Assembly: GCA_964472415.1 (NCBI GenBank)
Contig: CAYYLC010000001.1
Span: 67,269-131,268 of the forward strand
Source of the DNA: an uncultured Gammaproteobacteria bacterium
Lineage (GTDB): Bacteria; Patescibacteriota; Microgenomatia; Levybacterales; GWA1-39-11
DNA length: 64,000 bases
Reading direction: 5' to 3'
Part shown: positions 8,974-18,510 of the stretch, one piece after another
Position numbering within the stretch: position 1 is the first letter of the stretch
How the letters are laid out: every line of letters starts with the position of its first letter
Position numbers and translations under genes: made by a program
The notes under the pieces: generated by a model
The model's input: only the letters and a program-made list of their open reading frames with translations
The model's database searches: none
What the model was told of the DNA's origin: nothing

Positions 8974-10035
8974 TTATGCAAAATATAATTCCGGATTTGA
9001 TTTTACTTCTTCCCAGTTTTTTTCTTCTCCATTCATGAGTGCATATGCGCCGATCATGGCAGCGTTATCAGTAGCAAACTCTTTTTGCGGTGCAAAAATC
9101 TGAATTAGAAGTTGGGATTTTCGAATGGCAAGCTGAAAATGCCCCATAAGTGTTTGATTTGCGGAAACACCGCCCCCAATAAGAATAGTTTCGCAGTTGT
9201 ATTGCATTGCGGCTTTTATCGTTTTTTTAACAAGTACAGTGATTATCGATTTTTGTGTTGCGTAGCAAATTTGATTTTTTAAATCTTCAGTTAGAGTATG
9301 GGATTTTACGAACCGCATAACTTCTGCTTTAAGTCCTGAGAACGAAAAGTCAAAATCATTTGAGTTGAGGAGTGGACTCTGGAATTTTATTTCAGGATTT
9401 GTTACGTTCAGTGCACGTTTTTCTAGTTCGGGTCCTGCAGGGTATGGAAGACCTATCATACGCCCAATTTTATCTATTGCTTCGCCAGCAGCATCATCTC
9501 TTGTTCCACCAAGCCATGTGAAATCAGTGTGAGATTTGAAATATAAAAGATCGGTATGTCCTCCAGATACGATAAGCCCTATAAATGGAAGATTGATATC
9601 ATTGCCAGTTTTATTGATAAAATTTGCATAGATGTGTGCCGTTAGGTGGTTTACTGGAATCAAGGGCTTATGAAATGCATATGAAAGAGTTTTTGCAGTC
9701 TCTACTCCAACAAGAAGTGATCCGATAAGTCCAGGCCCATACGTGACAGCAATAGCATCTATATCTTCGCTGAGGATTTTTTTTGCATTTTGGAAATCCT
9801 TAATAGTATTTTTATTCTCAATATTTTTTGACTTGAGAAGTGCAGATGTGATTATCGGGATAATTGCTTTTATTTGTTCTCGTGCTGCATTTTCTGGAAT
9901 TATCCCTCCAGTTTCTGCATGCATCTGAGATGACGTTGCAAGTTTATTTGATAGCACAGATATGATACTATCTTTTCTCTCAATAACAGAGGCGCCTGTT
10001 TCATCGCATGATGATTCGATAGCAAGAATTTTCAT
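8974..10035 (-). CDS. tsaD: tRNA N6-threonylcarbamoyltransferase
   Basis: LAIESSCDET, GPGLIGSL, VNHLTAH, VSGGHT, DDAAGEA, FSFSGLK, TDNAAMIG. Confidence 0.97.
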   Translation of the reverse strand: MKILAIESSCDETGASVIERKDSIISVLSNKLATSSQMHAETGGIIPENAAREQIKAIIPIITSALLKSKNIENKNTIKDFQNAKKILSEDIDAIAVTYGPGLIGSLLVGVETAKTLSYAFHKPLIPVNHLTAHIYANFINKTGNDINLPFIGLIVSGGHTDLLYFKSHTDFTWLGGTRDDAAGEAIDKIGRMIGLPYPAGPELEKRALNVTNPEIKFQSPLLNSNDFDFSFSGLKAEVMRFVKSHTLTEDLKNQICYATQKSIITVLVKKTIKAAMQYNCETILIGGGVSANQTLMGHFQLAIRKSQLLIQIFAPQKEFATDNAAMIGAYALMNGEEKNWEEVKSNPELYFA

Positions 10036-10040
10036 GAGGG

Positions 10041-10508
10041 TTATAGTCCATCGATGGATATTTCGTCACCAATTTCTATTTCGAGTTTATCAGAAAGTCC
10101 TCCGTTTATCTCTAAAACATAATTTGCCGGTGCTTGTGGTTTGTAGATAATTTCTGTATTTTGCGGTTTTGCATTTTTCATAATATCAACAATTTTGTTA
10201 TCAGAAATATAGATAATGTCGAGAGGGAAGTTTACATCTCTCATCCAGAATTCATATTCACCCTTCTCTTCGAATATAAAAAGCATCCCGGTATCTTCAC
10301 TTAATTCTTCTCGATTTGAAAGTCCTTGCTCTCTTTCTTTTGCTTCATCTGCTATTTCTACATTAAATGTATCATTTCCTACAGTAACACTTGCATTCCC
10401 TCCTCCGATATTTATATTCGGAAGCAAGTTGATTCCTCGGAAGCGTAAGACAACGATGACTAGTATCAAAAGTACAAGCGCTCCGTATATGATAATAACT
10501 TTTTTCAT
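10041..10508 (-). CDS. Membrane-anchored DUF192 domain protein
   Basis: N-terminal TM; VEIAD..REQGLS.R..GMLFIF..FWMRDVNFPLDIIYI..YVLEINGG. Confidence 0.88.
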   Translation of the reverse strand: MKKVIIIYGALVLLILVIVVLRFRGINLLPNINIGGGNASVTVGNDTFNVEIADEAKEREQGLSNREELSEDTGMLFIFEEKGEYEFWMRDVNFPLDIIYISDNKIVDIMKNAKPQNTEIIYKPQAPANYVLEINGGLSDKLEIEIGDEISIDGL

Positions 10509-10972
10509 AAATCTTCTATTATTTTAGTAGATGAAAATTTTTCATCCCGATCCATTATTTCTTGCACCCTCCCTCCAACTGACTCTGCCTGCTCTTTCTT
10601 TTTTTGAAGTAACGGATCATTTTTTGTTATGGCAATTATATCAGGCTGAATCAATTTTGTCAGGTTATAGTAATAATCATCCGAAATTATATCAGGGAGA
10701 ATAACTATAAAATCTATAAATCCTAATGCTTCAAGTGCTTGAGTACGTTTTTTTATAGTATTTACAGGACGATTTTTTCCTTTCATCCTTCGAATGTTTT
10801 TATCTGATTCGATAAGCACAATCAAGATATCGCCAGAGCGTTTCGCTTTTTGTAAAAATTCAATATGGGCACTATGTATTACGTCAAAACATCCTCCTGT
10901 TAAGACAATTTTTCCCCCTCGAGTTTTGAGTGGTTCAAGAATAGAATTTATTATGTCTGGAGAGATTATCAT
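10505..10972 (-). CDS. Cytidylyltransferase-superfamily protein (RfaE-II/TagD/RibL-like)
   Basis: TGGCFDVIHSAH (HxGH-like), MKGKNRP, C-terminal FSSTKII. Confidence 0.85.
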   Translation of the reverse strand: MIISPDIINSILEPLKTRGGKIVLTGGCFDVIHSAHIEFLQKAKRSGDILIVLIESDKNIRRMKGKNRPVNTIKKRTQALEALGFIDFIVILPDIISDDYYYNLTKLIQPDIIAITKNDPLLQKKKEQAESVGGRVQEIMDRDEKFSSTKIIEDL

Positions 10973-11946
10973 GATTGTTCAATTATAAAACTAATAAGTT
11001 CTTGAAATGAGATATCTATGGCATTTACTTCTTGGGGGAAGAGTGAAGTATTCGTAAATCCAGGGAGAGTATTTGTTTCTAGAAAATATATTTTTTTCTT
11101 TGTATAAATAAAATCTGATCTACTATATGTTTTACATCGTAATTTTTTATGAATTTCTTTGGCAAGATTTGAGATCTTTTCTGATTCGTCATGTGAGATG
11201 GATACCGGAGGAGTAATTTCCTTAGAGCCATTTATTTTATATTTTGCAGAGTAATCAAAAAAATCTGCATTTGGATGGATCTCTATAGGAGGAAGCTTTA
11301 TGAAGGTATTATCTTTTTTCTCTAAACATCCGCAGCTGAGCTCTATTCCTGTTATGAGTTCCTGTATGAGGATTTCATCGATGCGTGCTTCTTTAAATTT
11401 TTTTAAAACAGTTTTATATTCTTCTTGAGAATATACGATAGATACTAAAACGCTTGAACCTAGAGAGTTAGGCTTTACGATAAATGGAAATGGAAAATGT
11501 ATTGGGTCTGTAATAGAGATTAGTTTTGTTTGAGGAAAGGAGAGATCATCAGTGTCTTGGAGGTACTTTATGGTACGCATTTTATTCATACAGAGAGCAC
11601 TCGATTTTGCATTTGATCCAGTGAATCGAATATGAGAATCGGAGAGTTTTTTTTGGATAGTCCCATCTTCACCAAATTCTCCATGTAGCGCAGAGAGTAG
11701 CGCCATATCAAAATTATCTTTGTTGTTCTGCAATGTTATTTCAAAGTCCTGGAATAGAATATTTTTTGGAGGAATAATCCCATCTGATGGTTTATAGAAT
11801 GCACTACTCAAATTTTTTTGTATATAAAATATATAGGGTTCAAATTGTGAGTGGTCTATGTGTTTAAGGATTGCTTGGGCACTTGAGAGGGAAACTTCGT
11901 GTTCTGAAGAGGGTCCTCCGCAAAATATTGCTATTCTCCTCCTCAT
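10969..11946 (-). CDS. ddl: D-alanine--D-alanine ligase
   Basis: GGPSSEHEVSLSS, LHGEFGEDGTIQ, VKPNSLGSS, FFDYSAKY, LETNTLPGFT. Confidence 0.93.
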   Translation of the reverse strand: MRRRIAIFCGGPSSEHEVSLSSAQAILKHIDHSQFEPYIFYIQKNLSSAFYKPSDGIIPPKNILFQDFEITLQNNKDNFDMALLSALHGEFGEDGTIQKKLSDSHIRFTGSNAKSSALCMNKMRTIKYLQDTDDLSFPQTKLISITDPIHFPFPFIVKPNSLGSSVLVSIVYSQEEYKTVLKKFKEARIDEILIQELITGIELSCGCLEKKDNTFIKLPPIEIHPNADFFDYSAKYKINGSKEITPPVSISHDESEKISNLAKEIHKKLRCKTYSRSDFIYTKKKIYFLETNTLPGFTNTSLFPQEVNAIDISFQELISFIIEQS

Positions 11947-13367
11947 CCTTGCTTCGTTCCGATTTTATAAATTGCGCGCCATGGAGAGTAGCGCGTGGAA
12001 AATGTTTCCTCAATAAGTATTTCTCCATTTTTAGTAACTGTACGGGTAAATTGAATATGCGCACCAGTAGCAGCAAAATCAACTTGTTCGGTGGTGCCAA
12101 CGGGAAGATTCGGATCGTCTTCATAGAGTGGTTCTGGTGGAGGGCTTTGGCTAAGAATTACGGGATTAGAGATTTGACTTACTCTTCCATCATTTTTTCC
12201 GTACATAGTGAAGGTGAGCCGCGCTTCTTGCGGGCTAAAGTCAGATACGATAAGGATATGATTCCCCGTGTCATTCTTAAATTTTAAATCTACTGTTGGC
12301 ACATAAATAGTTGCATCGATTCCTGGAGGTGACTGCTGTTCATAGTAGCTTACCCTATATGAGTGGGCATGACGTTCTGTTATTGGGACGCCGGCATCGA
12401 GCATTGCTCGAAAAAGCGTTGTAGACACTTGGCACACTCCACCACCATCACCAAGCACTGTTCTTCCACCAGAGATAACATACGCCTCTTTATATCCTGC
12501 AAGTGCAGAGATATCCCCAACGTGCTTGTTGAATGAAAACTCTTCTCCTGGTGCTACGAGTGTTCCATCTATTTTATCGGCAGCATGTCCCACGTTATGG
12601 ACTCTGTTTGGAATTGATCCAGCAAAATATGAGGTTCCTTCTCCAATTTTCTCTACTATGCCGTATTCATTTGCTTCTTCAGTAGTTATTTCTGGTTCTG
12701 TAGTGATAATAGGAAGAGTAAGTTGGAACTCTTGCATTTTATCTGACTGTATAATATCAGGTATGCGTTCCGCTACAAAAGATTTTATCCTTTTTATGTC
12801 GAGAGTAGTCCCGTTTTGTGATTGAGAAAATTTTACTACGCGATTATTCACTATTTCAAACTCTGCATTAATTGCATCTTTATGGGCGAGTTCTTTAAAA
12901 GGAGCAAGATGTCCTGCAAGTCTTGCCTCATCAATCGTATATGATGAATTGAGTGTTATGCCATTAAGGTACGCGTTAGTAATGATAAAGAAATTCGAAA
13001 GTATATTCGGAGATTTTCCTAGCTCTGAAGCTTGTTCTGCCATGAGTTTCGCATCGTATCCGATATTGAGTTCTTTTGCAGATGCAGTTGCAGTTTCGTT
13101 TTCATAAGTAAAAGTAAAATTACTATTGCCAATAGTTTTATTTTTTTCTTCATATATATACATAATTTCTTCTTTTGTTTTTTCGCCTACGTATGTATTG
13201 TCGATAAAAATGCCGGGGATGGTTTTTTCTTGATAGTTATACTGAAAGGCAAGAGCAGCAATAGAGAGTAATGTGAGGCCGGCTATCAGAAATCCAACCA
13301 AAAACCAAAATGAAGATTTGCTGATGTGAAAAGATTTTTTACCAACGGTAATAAATTTGTCTTTCAT
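11943..13367 (-). CDS. VanW-family protein with N-terminal TM and putative peptidoglycan-binding domain
   Basis: NRVHNV..IDGTLVAPGEEFSFN..GGGVCQVSTTLF..ERHAHSY..GIDATIY..DLKFKN. Confidence 0.9.
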   Translation of the reverse strand: MKDKFITVGKKSFHISKSSFWFLVGFLIAGLTLLSIAALAFQYNYQEKTIPGIFIDNTYVGEKTKEEIMYIYEEKNKTIGNSNFTFTYENETATASAKELNIGYDAKLMAEQASELGKSPNILSNFFIITNAYLNGITLNSSYTIDEARLAGHLAPFKELAHKDAINAEFEIVNNRVVKFSQSQNGTTLDIKRIKSFVAERIPDIIQSDKMQEFQLTLPIITTEPEITTEEANEYGIVEKIGEGTSYFAGSIPNRVHNVGHAADKIDGTLVAPGEEFSFNKHVGDISALAGYKEAYVISGGRTVLGDGGGVCQVSTTLFRAMLDAGVPITERHAHSYRVSYYEQQSPPGIDATIYVPTVDLKFKNDTGNHILIVSDFSPQEARLTFTMYGKNDGRVSQISNPVILSQSPPPEPLYEDDPNLPVGTTEQVDFAATGAHIQFTRTVTKNGEILIEETFSTRYSPWRAIYKIGTKQG

Positions 13368-13424
13368 GAGGATAATATTAGATTTTTCTACGTGATGTTA
13401 TTATACTATACAAGATAACAATTT

Positions 13425-14855
13425 ATGGATCCGAATTCTACACCTGCCCAAATCCAACAAGATCCTTACTACGCTCAAAATGACGGAGGAGGGATATTTG
13501 CCAATAAAAAAAAGCTTCTTTTTATAGTGCTTGGAATCATTCTTTTTCTTATAGTAGCAAGCTTTATTTTTTGGTTCATATTTGGTCGTGGTCCAAAAGT
13601 AGAAGAAGAAGTGAGAATTGTATATTGGGGAGTTTGGGAGGATGCCGCAGTTTTGCAGCCAATATTTGATGAATTTCAAAAGCAACATCCAAATATTACA
13701 ATTCAATATGAAAAACAGGACATAAAGACTCTCGGAGATTATGTCACTCGTTTAAAAACTCGTGCTTCCGAGCGAGGCGATGGTGCACCTGATATCGTCA
13801 GGTTTCACAGTAGTTGGTTGTTACAGCTGCAGAATATTTTAGCGCCATTCCCCCAAGATGTAGTGGCAGAAACAGGATTAGAGAAAGATTATTTTCATGT
13901 AGTTGAGAATGATTTAAAGGGAAGTGATGGGGCATATTATGGCTTACCATTGAGCATTGATACTTTGGCGTTATATGTAAATACAGATTTGCTTTCAAAT
14001 ATTGGTGCGAGTCCGCCTACGGCCTGGGCTGGAGAAAATGCGATTGATGATCTTGCCCGGGAGCTTACCGTTGTAGATGCGGGGAATATAGTTCAGTCAG
14101 GAGTTGCGATGGGAACATATGAGAATATTTCTCATGCATCAGATATTATTTCATTATTACTACTTCAGAATGGTGCTAATTTTAGAAATTTGGCTGGGAG
14201 TTGTTTAGAGTGTACGGTGAATGCAATCCAGTATTACACAATTCTCTCGCGAGGGAGTACTGCTGTATGGAATCAAAGCATGGATAATTCTAAAATTGCG
14301 TTTGCGGGAGGAAGGCTTGCAATGTATTTTGGGTATGCATGGGATATATATGAAATAAAGGCGGCAAATCCAAACCTTAACTTCCAGATTGTGCCAGTAC
14401 CAAGACTCCCGGAGTCACCGTCGACAATAACTACTGACTATACGATAGCAAGCTACTGGGCTGAAGGAGTTATAGGTACGTCCAGGCATCAGCGTGCTGC
14501 TTTTGACCTCCTCAAATTTATGGGGAGAAATGAGACGCTGCAAAAAATTTATGAAAATCAAACGAAAGCTCGTGGTGTGGGATCTCCATATCCGAAAAGG
14601 GCTCTTGCAGAATCGATAAAGGAAAATAATGAAGTTTATCCCTTTACCGTTGGGGCAGATAAAGCTGTTTCTGTATACTTTGCTTCAGACACATTCGATG
14701 GAAATAATGGTATGAATCAGACATTAAATATTTATCTTGGGAACGCTATCAATAGCATTACCACTAAAAATACGTCTGCGACGAGTGCTGTTGAGACGCT
14801 CAGTGCTGGAGTAAATGAAGTTTTATCGCGTTATGAAGAATCAGCTCAAAACTAA
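13425..14855 (+). CDS. Membrane-anchored extracellular solute-binding protein (sugar ABC type)
   Basis: TM anchor; IVYWG, FQKQHPNITIQY, APDIV, YYGLPLSIDTLALYVNTDL, FAGGRLAMYFG. Confidence 0.85.
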   Translation: MDPNSTPAQIQQDPYYAQNDGGGIFANKKKLLFIVLGIILFLIVASFIFWFIFGRGPKVEEEVRIVYWGVWEDAAVLQPIFDEFQKQHPNITIQYEKQDIKTLGDYVTRLKTRASERGDGAPDIVRFHSSWLLQLQNILAPFPQDVVAETGLEKDYFHVVENDLKGSDGAYYGLPLSIDTLALYVNTDLLSNIGASPPTAWAGENAIDDLARELTVVDAGNIVQSGVAMGTYENISHASDIISLLLLQNGANFRNLAGSCLECTVNAIQYYTILSRGSTAVWNQSMDNSKIAFAGGRLAMYFGYAWDIYEIKAANPNLNFQIVPVPRLPESPSTITTDYTIASYWAEGVIGTSRHQRAAFDLLKFMGRNETLQKIYENQTKARGVGSPYPKRALAESIKENNEVYPFTVGADKAVSVYFASDTFDGNNGMNQTLNIYLGNAINSITTKNTSATSAVETLSAGVNEVLSRYEESAQN

Positions 14856-15777
14856 TATTATCGATACGCTTTCATACTTTGATGTATTTTCGTATCCGCT
14901 AACGCTTGAACAAGTTGAATTATTCCTTCATTTTCAAGAGCTTGATAAAAAAAACCTCAAAAGTTACCTTAGCAAAATTCCTATTATTGAAAAAAAATAT
15001 GGTTATTATTTTTTTTCAGGAAGAGAGCAGGTTGCTGTGCGTCGAAAGATGAAGGAAACTGAGAATGAGCGAAAGCTCACTATCGCAAAGAAGTATATCA
15101 GTCTTTTGAGCAATGTACCAGGAGTTAAAATGATTGGGATAACAGGGAGCCTTTCAATGGGGAATGCATCAGAGAACGATGATATCGACTTATTTATTAT
15201 AACTCGAAAAAATACCCTTTGGATTACGAGATTTCTGGTGGTATGCGTTACGAAATGTATTGGGAGAAGGAGAAGTTATGGGGATAAGAAGGTGAAAGAC
15301 AGATTGTGCTTGAATATGTTTTTAGATGAGCGAGATTTGGAATTTTCAGAAAAGAGCCTATACATTGCGCATGAGATTGTGCAGATGAAAGTGTATTATG
15401 ATGAACACAGGATGTTCCGAGAGTTTATAGAGAAGAATTCTTGGATTCAAGAGTTTTTTCCTTCTATCGAAGTAAAACGATCGAATCAAAAGAGGAAGAA
15501 AAGATGGTTTGATTTTCTGTTCTTTTCTGATAGATTAGTCCGATTTTTCAACCTATTCGCTTTCATTTTTCAGTACCTTTATATGAGTAGTAAAATTACT
15601 CGAGAAAAGGTATCTCTTCGAAAAGCATTCTTTCATCCTAATGAATATAGCGGAATAATCTTGAGAGAATATAGGAAAAGATCAAATGACTATCAGCTAA
15701 TGTATGAAAACAGTAATAAACTTTTACACTTTGAGGTTAAAAAGGGCAATGTGAAGCCGACAAAGCACTATAATTAA
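14833..15777 (+). CDS. Conserved hypothetical protein with a nucleotidyltransferase-like (GS..DxD) domain
   Basis: MIGITGSLSMGNASENDDIDLFIIT pol-beta NTase signature; N-terminal YFDVFSYPLT. Confidence 0.65.
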   Translation: MKNQLKTNIIDTLSYFDVFSYPLTLEQVELFLHFQELDKKNLKSYLSKIPIIEKKYGYYFFSGREQVAVRRKMKETENERKLTIAKKYISLLSNVPGVKMIGITGSLSMGNASENDDIDLFIITRKNTLWITRFLVVCVTKCIGRRRSYGDKKVKDRLCLNMFLDERDLEFSEKSLYIAHEIVQMKVYYDEHRMFREFIEKNSWIQEFFPSIEVKRSNQKRKKRWFDFLFFSDRLVRFFNLFAFIFQYLYMSSKITREKVSLRKAFFHPNEYSGIILREYRKRSNDYQLMYENSNKLLHFEVKKGNVKPTKHYN

Positions 15778-15787
15778 CTCCAGGATA

Positions 15788-15816
15788 TTGACACCTAATA
15801 TGCGATTATGTATAGT
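15788..15816 (+). promoter_or_regulatory. sigma70-type promoter of greA
   Basis: TTGACA (15788-93), 17-nt spacer, TATAGT (15811-16). Confidence 0.8.
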
Positions 15817-15838
15817 ACCTGTTGTAAGTGAAAAGTAG

Positions 15839-15870
15839 CCCCCGGAATATATCTTGAGGGGATTTTTTTT
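15839..15870 (+). terminator. Imperfect intrinsic terminator in the greA 5' leader
   Basis: CCCCCGG-AATATATC-TTGAGGGG followed by A and T8, located between the promoter and the greA ATG (15882). Confidence 0.65.
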
Positions 15871-15881
15871 AACCTATACTT

Positions 15882-16349
15882 ATGGATAAGAAGCAATTTT
15901 TCGTAACACAGCAAGGACTTGAAGAATTAAAGGCAGAATTGGAGAATCTTCAGAAGAAGAAGAGGCCAGAGGTGGTTGAGCGAGTTTCAAATGCGCGCTC
16001 TATGGGTGATCTGTCGGAAAACTCTGAATATCATGCAGCCAAAGAAGAATTATCACTAGTAGATGGGAGAATTGAAGAGTTGGGGGAGATTATAAAAAAG
16101 GTTCAGATTATTTCTGAGGATGGAAAAAATAATGGAGTGATTAATCTTGGGTCTCAAGTTACTATAAAAGTTAATGATAAAGAAGAAATATTCCTTTTGG
16201 TGGGAGAATGGGAGGCTGATCCACGGGAGAAAAAGATTTCTCATGAATCACCGCTTGGGAAAGCATTGATCGGGAAAAAGCCAGGAGATACGGTAGAGGT
16301 TGAAGCACCAGCAGGAAAAATTGCATACCACATTGTAAAAATCCACTAA
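15882..16349 (+). CDS. greA: Transcription elongation factor GreA
   Basis: ARSMGDLSENSEYHAAKEE, EADP..KISHESPLGKALIGK. Confidence 0.97.
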   Translation: MDKKQFFVTQQGLEELKAELENLQKKKRPEVVERVSNARSMGDLSENSEYHAAKEELSLVDGRIEELGEIIKKVQIISEDGKNNGVINLGSQVTIKVNDKEEIFLLVGEWEADPREKKISHESPLGKALIGKKPGDTVEVEAPAGKIAYHIVKIH

Positions 16350-16397
16350 ATCTCTAATAGATTTCTATTTTGAGCCGAAAAGTATTATAATTCTTCT

Positions 16398-17900
16398 ATG
16401 TTCTGGGCAGATAAAATATTGCAAAAAAGAAAAAATGATGAATGGGTCAATGATGCATGGACTCCTTCTGGAATAATTCATATGGGTAGTCTGAAGGGGT
16501 TAGTTATCCATGATGTGCTTAATAAGATAATTTGTGAACAGGGAAGAAAAACAAAGTATACTTTCGGATTTGATGATTTTGATCCGATAGATGGTTTACC
16601 TGTCAACCTTCGGGAGAAGTTAGGAGAGTATATGGGGGTTCCGATCTGTAACGCGCCTGCACCAAGTGGAGAAGGGACTTTTGGAGAATATTATGCTCAA
16701 GTTATGCGTAGTATGTTTAAGAAATTGGGGATTGAAGCTGAGATTTATTTAGCATCTGATTATTATAGGAAAGGAATTTACGACGAATCTATTCGGTTTG
16801 TTTTAGATAATGCGGATAAAATAAGAAAAGTCTATTCAGAAATGTATCAGAAGGAAATTGCATCGAGCTGGTTTCCTTTACAAGTGATTTGTTTGAATTG
16901 TGGAAAATTGGGCACTACGAAAGTGGTAGATTGGAATGGAGAAATGGTAACTTATGAATGTTCTAAAACACTCGTTAAATGGGCAGAAGGATGTGGTAAT
17001 ACAGGTATGGTTTCGCCATTTGGTGGAAATGCAAAGATGCCATTCAAGGTGGAGTGGGCAGCAAAATGGTGGACGTTTGGGGTAACTATAGAAGGTGCTG
17101 GGAAAGATCATGCATCAGCTGGCGGTACGTATGATGTTGCAAGAAAAATTATTAAAGATGTATTCGAAAAAGACCCTCCGTTAAAAATCCCCTATGAATT
17201 TTTCCTCTATGACGGAAAGAAAATGTCATCATCAAAAGGGCTAGGTCTTACTGGTGATGATCTTTTAGAAGTAATGCCTCCAGAGCTAGTCCGGTTCCTT
17301 ATGATAAAGACGTTGCCGAATCAGGCTGTAGAGTTTAATCCATATAGTACGCAAATTATCCCACGGCTATATGATGATTATCAAAAATGTGCGATAAAGT
17401 ATCAAAAAGGAATTGATGATGACGATGCGCGGGTTTTTAAGCTCTCTCAGGTTGGCGATAGTGTCCTATATCCGCCAGAGGAGCGCTTTACGACACTCGC
17501 TCAATGGTCGCAGATGCCTTCAGTCCTTAGTGAGATATCAGATTCAGCATTAGTACCATGGATTAAGTATGCCAAGATTTGGGTAGAAAAATATGCCCCC
17601 GAAAAGGATAAGTTTTTAGTGCAAGAATCACTTCCTGAAATGGTTACAGAGCTCTCTTCCGAGCAGAAGAATTATTTGAATGAATTACAAAAAAAACTTT
17701 CTCGTAAACTCACCCCTGAACAAATCCAGGAGATAGTGTATGATACTGCAAAAGAGCTCAATATTAGATCTTTAGATGCGTTTAAGGCAATTTATACATC
17801 GCTTCTCGGAAAGGATCATGGTCCAAAAGCTGCATGGTTAATCTCTTCGCTTGATGATGAGTTTGTAAAACAAAGATTTGCTGAAAGCGTACATGCATAA
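16398..17900 (+). CDS. lysS: Class I lysyl-tRNA synthetase
   Basis: TPSGIIHMGS (HIGH-like), DDFDPIDG, CLNCGK, EGAGKDH, KMSSSKG, GKDHGPK. Confidence 0.93.
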   Translation: MFWADKILQKRKNDEWVNDAWTPSGIIHMGSLKGLVIHDVLNKIICEQGRKTKYTFGFDDFDPIDGLPVNLREKLGEYMGVPICNAPAPSGEGTFGEYYAQVMRSMFKKLGIEAEIYLASDYYRKGIYDESIRFVLDNADKIRKVYSEMYQKEIASSWFPLQVICLNCGKLGTTKVVDWNGEMVTYECSKTLVKWAEGCGNTGMVSPFGGNAKMPFKVEWAAKWWTFGVTIEGAGKDHASAGGTYDVARKIIKDVFEKDPPLKIPYEFFLYDGKKMSSSKGLGLTGDDLLEVMPPELVRFLMIKTLPNQAVEFNPYSTQIIPRLYDDYQKCAIKYQKGIDDDDARVFKLSQVGDSVLYPPEERFTTLAQWSQMPSVLSEISDSALVPWIKYAKIWVEKYAPEKDKFLVQESLPEMVTELSSEQKNYLNELQKKLSRKLTPEQIQEIVYDTAKELNIRSLDAFKAIYTSLLGKDHGPKAAWLISSLDDEFVKQRFAESVHA

Positions 17901-18510
17901 ACTTCTTATCGCAACACATAATCCGGGGAAACTCAACGAAATAAAAAAGTTTCTCGATGGGCCCTTTTTTAGCAGTATGGTTTCACTGAATGATGTTGGG
18001 ATCGATGAAGATGTAGAAGAGAATGGAAGCTCGTATGCCGAAAATTCTTTGATTAAGGCAAGATTTTTTGCAAAGAAATCAGGCTTACCCGCGCTTTCTG
18101 ATGATGGAGGGCTTGAAATAGCAGCATTAGAAAATGCGCCAGGGATTCATAGTAAGCGATGGTTGGGAGATGATGCAACAGAAAAGGATTTAATAAACCA
18201 CATGATAAGTGTTGCAAAAGAATTGCCAGATGATAATAGGGTTGCGTGGTTTAAGACAGTTATAACACTTGTTTTGCCGAATGGAAAAAGTTTTCAGGTG
18301 AGCGGTGAGGTTAAGGGTATTATTGCAAAACAACCATTATTGAAATATTTAAAAGGATATCCGTATAGATCCTTTTTCTATTTGCCAGATTTGGGGAAAT
18401 ATTATCATGAAAATGAGCTTTCAATTCCCGAAATGAAGCTTTATAATCACAGATACAAGGCGATTCAGGAATTATTGCCAATAATGAAAAAAGAAATAAA
18501 CAATGCTTAA
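17893..18510 (+). CDS. rdgB: Non-canonical purine NTP pyrophosphatase (RdgB/HAM1)
   Basis: LIATHNPGKLNEI, EENGSSYAENSLIKA, SDDGGLEI, APGIHSKRW, NHRYKA. Confidence 0.9.
   Translation: MHKLLIATHNPGKLNEIKKFLDGPFFSSMVSLNDVGIDEDVEENGSSYAENSLIKARFFAKKSGLPALSDDGGLEIAALENAPGIHSKRWLGDDATEKDLINHMISVAKELPDDNRVAWFKTVITLVLPNGKSFQVSGEVKGIIAKQPLLKYLKGYPYRSFFYLPDLGKYYHENELSIPEMKLYNHRYKAIQELLPIMKKEINNA

Noticed and set aside
10969-13367. Possible vancomycin-resistance cluster (VanW plus D-Ala ligase)
   Set aside because: No vanH/X/Y/R/S genes are present, and the ligase omega loop FFDYSAKY keeps the Tyr typical of D-Ala-D-Ala ligases.
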